NCBI RefSeq assembly: GCF_009914755.1
Contig: NC_060948.1
DNA length: 64,000 bases
From: the human T2T-CHM13v2.0 reference genome, Homo sapiens
Direction: 5' to 3' (one strand)
Shown here in pieces: positions 53,420 through 64,000 of the stretch. The position numbers and the translations under genes were made by a program. The notes beneath the pieces are model-generated. The model was not told the DNA's origin, did not search any database, and worked only from the letters and a program-made list of their open reading frames with translations. How positions within the stretch are numbered: position 1 is the stretch's first letter; every line of letters starts with the position of its first letter.

Positions 53420-56400
53420 TGGACTCGTTTGGAATGGTGTAGTATGCAATGCAATCGACTGGCAGGGAATCAAAAGGAATGTAATCGAATGGATTGGACT
53501 GGAATGCAATGGACTCGAATAGATTGGAAGCGGAATGCAAAGGAATGGAATGGAATAGTATGGAATGGAATGGAAAGGAATGGATTGGAATAGACTAGAG
53601 TGGAATGGAATGGACTCGAAAGCAATGGACTGGAATGGAACTTTCTTGAATGGACTGGAATCAAACGGAATGGAATGCAATGCAATCAAATGGCATGGAA
53701 TAAAATAGAATGAAAGAGAATCAAACGGAATTGAATCGAATGGAATCGAATGGATTGGAAAGGAATAGAATGGAATGGAATGGAATTGACTCAAATGGAA
53801 TGGACTAGAATGGAATGGATTCGAATGGAAGGCAAAGGAATGGAATCTATTGGAATGGACTGTAATGGAATGGAATGGAAGGGATTGGAATGGACTCGAA
53901 TGGAATGGACTGCAATAGAAAGGATTCGAATGGAATGAAAAAGAATTGAATGGAATAGAACAGAATGGAATCAAACCTCATGAAATAGAATGGAATAGAA
54001 AGGAATGGAATGAAATCGAATGGAAAGGATTCGAATGGAATGCAATCGAATGGAATGCAATCGAATGGAATGGAATCGAACGGAATGGAATAAAATGGAA
54101 GAAAACTGGCAAGAAATGGAATCGAAATGAATGGAGTGTTAAGGAACGGACTCAAAAGGAATTGAATGTAATAGAATGGAGTGGAGTGGACTCGAATATA
54201 ATGGACTGGAATGGAATGAAATCACATGGAATGGGAACGAATGGAATGGAATGGAAAGGAATGGAATCGAATGGAAAGGAATCGAATGGAAGGGAATGAA
54301 ATTGAATCAACAGGAATGGAAGGGAATAGAATAGACGGTAATGGAATGGACTCGAATAGAATGGACACGAATGCTCAAATTGAATGGACTCGAATGGAAT
54401 GGAAATGAAAGGAATGTCATCGAATGCAATTCAATCGATTGGAATGAAATCGCATAGGATGGAGTGGAATCAAATGGAATTGAATCGAAAGGAAAAGAAG
54501 CGAATTGACTGAAATGAAATGGAATGGAATTGAATGGAAAGTAATGCAACGGAATAGAATGGAATGAAATTTCACGGAATGGAATCAAACTGAATGGAAT
54601 CAAATCAATGGAATATAATCAAATGGAATGGAAAGGAATTGAATGGAGTAGATTGTATTGGATGGGATTGGAATGAAATGTACTGGAAAGGACTCGAATT
54701 TCATGAAACGGAATGGAATGTATTAGAACGGAATGGACTCGAATGGAATTGAATGTCACGGAATGGCATCAAATGGAATGGCATCCATTGGAATGGAATC
54801 GAATGCAATGGAATGCTATGGAATGGAATGGAATGCATTGGAATGGAATGTCCTCTAATGGAATGGATTCGAGTGGAATGGAATCGAATATAATGGAGTC
54901 TAATGAAATGGAATTGAAAGGAATGGGATCCAATACAATGGAATATACTGGAATGTAATGTAATGAACTCGAATGTAATTGACTGGAATGGAATGTACAT
55001 GAGTGGAATGTAATCGAATGGAAAGTAATCCAATGGAATAGAATCTAATGCAATAAAATCGACTCAAATAGAGTAGAATGTAATGGAATGGAGTGCAGTG
55101 CAATGGAATGGAATGGAATGGGATGGAATGGTATGGAATGGATAGTAATGGACTGGAGTGAAATGGACTGGAAAATAATGGACTCAAATTGAAAGGGCTC
55201 GAAAGGAATGGAGTCAAATGGAATGGTCTGGAATGGAATGAACACGAATGTAATGCAATCCAATAGAATGGAATCGAATGGCATGGAATATAAAGAAATG
55301 GAATCGAAGAGAATGGAAACAAATGGAATGGAATTGAATGGAATGGAATTGAATGGAATGGGAACGAATGGAGTGAAATTGTATGCAGTAGAAGAGAATA
55401 GAATGGAATGCAAGCGAAAGGAAAGGAATGGATTGGAATGGAATGGAATTCATTGGAATGGAAGGGAATGTAGTGTAATGGACAGGCCTGTAATAAAGTG
55501 GAATGCTACGGTCTCCAATGGAATAAAAATGTATGGAATGGAATGCAATGAAACGGAATCGAATGTCATAGAAGTAATGGAATGCAAAAAAATGGACTCC
55601 AAAATCATTGACTGGAAAGGCTGGGTGTCGAAAGGAATTTACTCCAATGGAATGGAATCGAATGGAATGGAAGTGAATAGAATCGAACTAAATCGAATGG
55701 AATGGAATTGATAGGAACGGAATGGAAAGGAATGCAATGATTTCGCATGGAATGGAATCGAATGGCATCGAATGGAATGGAATGGAATGCAATGGAATGG
55801 AATGTATTAAAATGTAATGAACTTTAATGGAATGTACTCGAATGGATTCGACTGGAATGGAATGTTCTCGAAGTGAATGGACTCCAATGGAATGGATTCG
55901 AAAGGAATGGAATCTAATGGAATGGAATTAAATGGAAATGAATCAAATTGAATAGAACGGAATTGAATTGAATGGAATCGAATGCAATGGAATCTAATGA
56001 AACGGAAAGGAAAGGAATGGAATGGAATGGAATGGAATGGGCTGGAATGGAATGGAATCGAAACGAATGGAATGGAATCGAACTGAAGAGACTGGAATGG
56101 AATACACTGGAATGGAAGGGAATGTAATGGAAGGTTCTCGAAAAAATGTAATTGAAAGGAATGGAATTGAGTGGAACGGAATAGAGTCGAATGGAATTCA
56201 ATGGAATGGAATGGACTAGAGTGAAATGGAATCGAACCACAAGGAATGGACAGGAATAGAATGGTCTCGAATTGAATGGAATCGTATGGAATGGCATCAA
56301 ACGGAATGGAATGGACAGCCACGGAATGGAATGCACTCGAATGCAATGGAGTCGAAACTAATGGACTGGAATAGAATGGACTCGACTGGTACGGACTCCA

Positions 56401-56931
56401 ATGGAATGGAATCGAATGGAAGGGAATCGAACGGAATGGACTCGAAGGGAAAAGACTGCAATGGAAAGGTCTCGAATGGAATGGAAATTAATGGAATGGA
56501 ATGGAATCGAATGAAATGGAGTCAAAAGGAATGGAATCGAATGGCAAGAAATCGGATGTAATGGAATCGCAAGGAATTGATGTGAACGGAACGGAATGGA
56601 ATGGAATCCAAAGGAATGGAATAGAATGGAATGGAATCGAATGGAAAGGACTCGAATGGAAATCACTCGAATAGAATGCAATTTAATAAAATAGGATCAA
56701 ATGTAATGGAATGGAATGGAAAGGAATCGAAACGAAAGGAATGGAGACAGATGGAATGGAATGGAACAGAGAGCAATGGTATAGAATGGAATGGAATCAT
56801 CTGGAATGGAATTGAATGGAATGGAATAACATGAAATGGACTGGAATGGAATGGAATGCCCTTGAATTAAATGGACTGGAATGGAATGGACTCGAACAGA
56901 GTGGAATGGAAAGTGTTGAAATAGAATGGAA
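53420..56931 (+). repeat. DYZ1 unit 5 (3512 bp)
   Basis: Landmark spacing. Confidence 0.9.
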
Positions 56932-59900
56932 TGGACTCGTTTGGAATGGTCTAGTATGCAATGCAATCGACTGGCAGGGAATCAAAAGGAATGTAATCGA
57001 ATGGATTGGACTGGAATGCAATGGACTCGAATAGATTGGAAACGGAATGCAAAGGAATGGAATGGAATAGTATGGAATGGAATGGAAAGGAATGGAGTGG
57101 AATAGACTAGAGTGGAATGGAATGGACTCGAAAGCAATGGACTGGAATGGAACTTTCTTGAATGGACTGGAATCAAACGGAATGGAATGTAATGCAATCA
57201 AATGGCATGGAATAAAATAGAATGAAAGAGAATCAAATGGAATTGAATCGAATGGAATCGAATGGATTGGAAAGGAATAGAATGGAATGGAATGGAATTG
57301 ACTCAAATGGAATGGACTAGAATGGAATGGATTCGAATGGAAGGCAAAGGAATGGAATCTATTGGAATGGACTGTAATGGAATGGAATGGAAGGGATTGG
57401 AATGGACTCGAATGGAATGGACTGCAATAGAAAGGATTCGAATGGAATGAAAAAGAATTGAATGGAATAGAACAGAATGGAATCAAATCGAATGAAATGG
57501 AATGGAATAGAAAGGAATGGAATGAAATGGAATGGAAAGGATTCGAATGGAATGCAATCGAATGGACTGGAATCGAACGGAATGGAATAAAATGGAAGAA
57601 AACTGGCAAGAAATGGAATCGAAATGAATGGAGTGTTATGGAACGGACTCAAAAGGAATTGAATGTAATAGAATGGAGTGGAGTGGACTCCAATATAATA
57701 GACTGGAATGGAATGAAATCACATGGAATGGGAACGAATGGAATGGAATGGAAAGGAATGGAATCGAATGGAAAGGAATCGAATGGAAGGGAATGAAATT
57801 GAATCAACAGGAATGGAAAGGAGTAGAATAGACGGTAATGGAATGGGCTCGAATAGAATGGACACGAATGCTCAAATTAAATGGAATCGAATGGAATGGA
57901 AACGAAAGGAATGTCATCGAATGGAATTGAATCGATTGGAATGAAATCACATAGAATGGAGTGGAATCAAATGGAATTGAATCGAAAGGAAAGGAAGCGA
58001 ATGGACTGAAATGAAATGGAATGGAATTGAATGGAAATTAATGCAATGGAATAGAATGGAAAGAAATTTCACGGAATGGAATCAAACTGAATGGAATCAA
58101 ATCAATGGAATATAATCAAATGGAATGGAAAGGAATTGAATGGAGTAGATTGGATTGGATGGGATTGGAATGAAATGTACTGGAAAGGACTCGAATTTCA
58201 TGAAACGGAATGGAATGAATTAGAACGGAATGGACTCGAATGGAATGGAATATCACGGAATGGCATCAAATGGAATGGCATCAATTGGAATGGAATCGAA
58301 TGCAATGGAATGCTATGGAATGGAATGGAATGCATTGGAATGGAATGTCCTCTAATGGAATGGATTCGAGTGGAATGGAATCGAATATAATGGAGTCTAA
58401 TGAAATGGAATTGAAAGGAATGGGATCCAATACAATGGAATATACTGGAATGTAATGTAATGAACTCGAATGTAATTGACTGGAATGGAATGTACATGAA
58501 TGGAATGTAATCGAATGGAAAGTAATCCAATGGAATAGAATCTAATGCAATAAAATCGACTCAAGTAGAGTAGAATATAATGGAATGGAGTGCAGTGCAA
58601 TGGAATGGAATGGAATGGAATGCAATGGAATGGAATGGAATGGAATGGAATGGAATGTGATGGAATGGTATGGAATGGATAGTAATGACTGGAGTGAAAT
58701 GGACTGGAAAGGAATGGACTCAAATTGAAAGGGCTCGAAAGGAATGGAGTCAAATGGAATGGTCTGGAATGGAATGAACACGAATGTAATGCAATCCAAT
58801 AGAATGGAATCGAATGGCATGGAATATAAAGAAATGGAATCGAAGAGAATGGAAACAAATGGAATGGAATTGAATGGAATGGAATTGAATGGAATGGGAA
58901 CGAATGGAGTGAAATTGTATGCAGTAGAAGAGAATAGAATGGAATGCAAGCGAAAGGAAAGGAATGGATTGGAATGGAATGGAATTCATTGGAATGGAAG
59001 GGAATGTAGTGTAATGGACAGGCCTGGAATAAAGTGGAATGCTACGGTCTCGAATGGAATAAAAATGTATGGAATGGAATGCAATGAAACGGAATCGAAT
59101 GTCATAGAATGTAATGGAATGCAAAAAAATGGAATCCAAAATCATTGACTGGAAAGGCTGGGTGTCGAAAGGAATTGACTCCAATGGAATGGAATCGAAT
59201 GGCATGGAAGTGAATAGAATGGAACTAAATCGAATGGAATGGAATTGATAGGAACGGAATGGAAAGGAATGCAATGATTTGGCATGGAATGGAATCGAAT
59301 GGCATCGAATGGAATGGAATGGAATGCAATGGAATGGAATGTATTAGAATGTAATGAACTTTAATGGAATGTACTCGAATGGATTCAACTGGAATGGAAT
59401 GTTCTCGAAGTGAATGGACTCCAATGGAATGGATTCGAAAGGAATGGAATCTAATGGAATGGAATTAAATGGAAATGAATCAAATTGAATAGAACGGAAT
59501 TGAATTGAATGGAATCGAATGCAATGGAATCTAAAGAAAAGGAAAGGAAAGGAATGGAATGGATTGGAATGGAATGGGCTGGAATGGAATGGAATCGAAA
59601 CGAATGGAATGGAATCGAACTGAAGAGACTGGAATGGAATGCACTGGAATGGAAGGGAATGTAATGGAAGGTTCTCAAGAAAAATGGAATCGAAAGGAAT
59701 GGAATTGAATGGAACGGAATAGAGTCGAATGGAATTCAATGGAATGGAATGGACTAGAGTGAAATGGAATCGAACCACAAGGAATGGACAGGAATAGAAT
59801 GGTCTCGAATTGAATGGAATCGTATGGAATGGCATCAAACGGAATGGAATGGACAGCCACGGAATGGAATGCACTCGAATGCAATGGAGTCGACACTAAC

Positions 59901-60468
59901 GGAGTGGAATAGAATGGACTCGACTGGTACGGACTCCAATGGAATGGAATCGAATGGAAGGGTATCGAACGGAATGGACTCGAAGGGAAAAGACTGCAAT
60001 GGAAAGGTCTCGAATGGAATGGAAATTAATGGAATGGAATGGAATCGAATGAAATGGAGTCAAAAGGAATGGAATCGAATGGCAAGAAATCGAATGTAAT
60101 GGAATCGCAAGGAATTGAAGTGAACGGAACGGAATGCAATGGAATCCAAAGGAATGGAATAGAATGGAATGGAATCGAATGGAAAGGACTCGAATGGAAA
60201 TCACTCGAATAGAATGCAATTTAATAAAATAGGATCAAATGTAATGGAATGGAATGGAAAGGAATCGAAACGAAAGGAATGGAGACAGATGGAATGGAAT
60301 GGAACAGAGAGCAATGGTATAGAATGGAATGGAATCATCTGGAATGGAATTGAATGGAATGGAATAATATGAAATGGAATGGAATGGAATGGAATGCCCT
60401 TGAATTAAATGGACTGGAATGGAATGGACTCGAACAGAGTGGAATGGAAAGTGTTGAAATAGAATGGA
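56932..60468 (+). repeat. DYZ1 unit 6 (3537 bp)
   Basis: Landmark spacing. Confidence 0.9.
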
Positions 60469-63400
60469 TGGACTCGTTTGGAATGGTCTAGTATGCAATG
60501 CAATCGACTGGCAGGGAATCAAAAGGAATGTAATCGAATGGATTGGACTGGAATGCAATGGACTCGAATAGATTGGAAACGGAAAGCAAAGGAATGGAAT
60601 GGAATAGTATGGAATGGAATGGAAAGGAATGGAGTGGAATAGACTAGAGTGGAATGGAATGGACTGGAAAGCAATGGACTGGAATGGAACTTTCTTGAAT
60701 GGACTGGAATCAAACGGAATGGAATGCAATGCAATCAAATGGCATGGAATAAAATAGAATGAAAGAGAATCAAATGGAATTGAATCGAATGGAATCGAAT
60801 GGATTGGAAAGGAATAGAATGGAATGGAACGGAATTGACTCAAATGGAATGGACTAGAATGGAATGGATTCGAATGGAAGGCAAATGAATGGAATCTATT
60901 GGAATGGACTGTAATGGAATGGAATGGAAGGGATTGGAATGGACTCGAATGGAATGGACTGCAATAGAAAGGATTCGAATGGAATGAAAAAGAATTGAAT
61001 GGAATAGAACAGAATGGAATCAAATCGAATGAAATGGAATCGAAGAGAAAGGAATGGAATGAAATGGAATGGAAAGGATTCGAATGGAATGCAATCGAAT
61101 GGAATGGAATCGAACGGAATGGAATAAAATGGAAGAAAACTGGCAAGAAATGGAATCGAAATGAATGGAGTGTTATGGAACGGACTCAAAAGGAATTGAA
61201 TGTAATAGAATGGAGTGGAGTGGACTCGAATATAATGGACTGGAATGGAATGAAATCACATGGAATGGGAACGAATGGAATGGAATGGAAAGGAATGGAA
61301 TCGAATGGAAAGGAATCGAATGGAAGGGAATGAAATTGAATCAACAGGAATGGAAGGGAGTAGAATAGACGGTAATGGAATGGACTCGAATAGAATGGAC
61401 ACGAATGCTCAAATTGAATGGACTCGAATGGAATGGAAACGAAAGGAATGTCATCGAATGGAATTGAATCGATTGGAATGAAATCGCATAGAATGGAGTG
61501 GAATCAAATGGAATTGAATCGAAAGGAAAGGAAGCGAATGGACTGAAATGAAATGGAATGGAATTGAATGGAAAGTAATGCAATGGAATAGAATGGAACG
61601 AAATTTCACGGAATGGAATCAAACTGAATGGAATCAAATCAATGGAATATAATCAAATGGAATGGAAAGGAATTGAATGGAGTAGATTGGATTGGATGGG
61701 ATTGGAATGAAATGTACTGGAAAGGACTCGAAATTCATGAAACGGAATGGAATGAACTGGAACGGAATGGAATCGAATGGAATGGAATGTCATGGAATGG
61801 CATCAAATGGAATGGAATCGAATGCGATGGAATGCTATGGAATGGAATGGAATGCATAGGAATGGAATGTCCTCTAATGGAATGTATTCGAGTGGAATGG
61901 AATCGAATATAATGGAGTCTAATGAAATGGAATTGAAAGGAATGGGACCGAATACAATGGAATAAACTGGAATGTAATGTAATGAACTCGAATGTAATTG
62001 ACTGGAATGGAATGTACATGAATGGAATGTAATCGAATGGAAAGCAATCCAATGGAATAGAATCTAATGCAATAAAATCGACTCAAATAGAGTAGAATGT
62101 AATGGAATGGAGTGCAGTGCAATGGAATGGAATGGAATGCAACGGAATGGAATGGAATGGAATGGAATGGGATGGAATGGTATGGAATGGATAGTAATGG
62201 ACTGGAGTGAAATGGACTGGAAAAGAATGGACTCAAATTGAAAGGGCTCGAAAGGAATGGAGTCAAATGGAATGGTCTGGAATGGAATGAACACGAATGT
62301 AATGCAATCCAATAGAATGGAATCGAATGGCATGGAATATAAAGAAATGGAATCGAAGAGAATGGAAACAAATGGAATGGAATTGAATGGAATGGAATTG
62401 AATGGAATGGGAACGAATGGAGTGAAATTGTATGCAGTAGAAGAGAATAGAATGGAATGCAAGCGAAAGGAAAGGAATGGATTGGAATGGAATGGAATTC
62501 ATTGGAATGGAAGGGAATGTAGTGTAATGGACAGGCCTGGAATAAAGTGGAATGCTACGGTCTCGAATGGAATAAAAATGTATGGAATGGAATGCAATGA
62601 AACGGAATCGAATGTCATAGAATGTAATGGAATGCAAAAAAATGGACTCCAAAATCATTGACTGGAAAGGCTGGGTGTCGAAAGGAATTGACTCCAATGG
62701 AATGGAATCGAATGGAATGGAAGTGAATAGAATCGAACTAAATCGAATGGAATGGAATTGATAGGAACGGAATGGAAAGGAATGCAATGATTTGGCATGG
62801 AATGGAATCGAAAGGCATCGAATGGAATGGAATGGAATGCAATGGAATGGAATGTATTAGAATGTAATGAACATTAATGGAAAGTACTCGAATGGATTCG
62901 ACTGGAATGGAATGTTCTGGAAGTGAATGGACTCCAATGGAATGGATTCGAAAGGAATGGAATCGAACGGAATGGAATTAAACGGAAATGAATCAAATAG
63001 AATAGAACGGAATTGAATTGAATGGAATCGTATGCAATGGAATCTAATGAAACGGAAAGGAATGGAATGGAATGGGCTGGAATGGAATGGAATCGAAACG
63101 AATGGAATGGAATCGAACTGAAGAGACTGGAATGGAATGCACTGGAATGGAAGGGAATGTAATGGAAGGTTCTCGAAAAAAATGGAATCGAAAGGAATGG
63201 AATTGAATGGAACGGAATAGAGTCGAATGGAATTCAATGGAATGGAATGGACTAGAGTGAAATGGAATCGAACCACAAGGAATGGACAGGAATAGAATGG
63301 TCTCGAATTGAATGGAATCGTATGGAATGGCATCAAACGGAATGGAATGGACGGCCACGGAATGGAATGCACTCGAATGCAATGGAGTCGAAACTAATGG

Positions 63401-63987
63401 ACTGGAATAGAATGGACTCGACTGGTACGGACTCCAATGGAATGGAATCGAATGGAAGGGAATCGAACGGAAGGGAATCGAACGGAATGGACTCGAAGGG
63501 AAAAGACTGCAATGGAAAGGTCTCGAATGGAATGGAAATTAATGGAATGGAATGGAATCGAATGAAATGGAGTCAAAAGGAATGGAATCGAATGGCAAGA
63601 AATCGAATGTAATGGAATCGCAAGGAATTGATGTGAACGGAACGGAATGGAATGGAATCCAAAGGAATGGAATAGAATGGAATGGAATCGAATGGAAAGG
63701 ACTCGAATGGAAATCACTCGAATAGAATGCAATTTAATAAAATAGGATCAAATGTAATGGAATGGAATGGAAAGGAATCGAAACGAAAGGAATGGAGACA
63801 GATGGAATGGAATGGAACAGAGAGCAATGGTATAGAATGGAATGGAATCATCTGGAATGGAATTGAATGGAATGGAATAATATGAAATGGAATGGAATGG
63901 AATGGAATGGAATGCCCTTGAATTAAATGGACTGGAATGGAATGGACTCGAACAGAGTGGAATGGAAAGTGTTGAAATAGCATGGAA
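60469..63987 (+). repeat. DYZ1 unit 7 (~3519 bp)
   Basis: GGACTCGTTTGG recurs at the window end. Confidence 0.9.
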
Positions 63988-64000
63988 TGGACTCGTTTGG

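Larger units (their letters stand above)
39979..64000 (+). repeat. DYZ1 / HSat3 (GGAAT)n-derived array, ~3.55-kb unit
   Basis: Degenerate GGAAT pentamers. Landmark GTATGCAATGCAATCGACTGGCAGGG at 40001, 42780, 46324, 49873, 53442, 56954, 60491. One conserved EcoRI site (44804, 48353, 51907, 55446, 58982, 62495) and one AGGCCT/HaeIII site per full unit, as known for the ~3.56-kb DYZ1 repeat. Confidence 0.95.

Noticed and set aside
40029-63983. Many overlapping MEWNG / IPFHS ORFs up to 303 aa
   Set aside because: (GGAAT)n and (ATTCC)n contain no stop codons in any frame, so long ORFs on both strands are expected.

Overview
No protein-coding genes are supportable. The window is human-type satellite DNA spanning a boundary between the two arrays that alternate in Y-chromosome Yq12 heterochromatin. 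Positions 1-~39978 are a head-to-tail array of the ~2.42-kb DYZ2/HSat1B composite repeat: an AT-rich segment, a minus-strand, slightly 5'-truncated Alu, and an ~570-bp HSATI-type segment. It has 16 Alu-bearing units plus one junction where ~1.12 kb is deleted. Positions ~39979-64000 are the (GGAAT)n-derived ~3.55-kb DYZ1/HSat3 repeat, with 7 units, the first shortened to 2779 bp. All ORFs in the track are repeat by-products. The family assignment rests on recognised motifs, unit lengths and restriction-site spacing, not a database search. I found no new gene system. The notable structure is: the sharp junction, older and more damaged units beside it on both sides, variant patterns suggesting local dimer/trimer higher-order structure, and three perfect heat-shock elements per DYZ1 unit.
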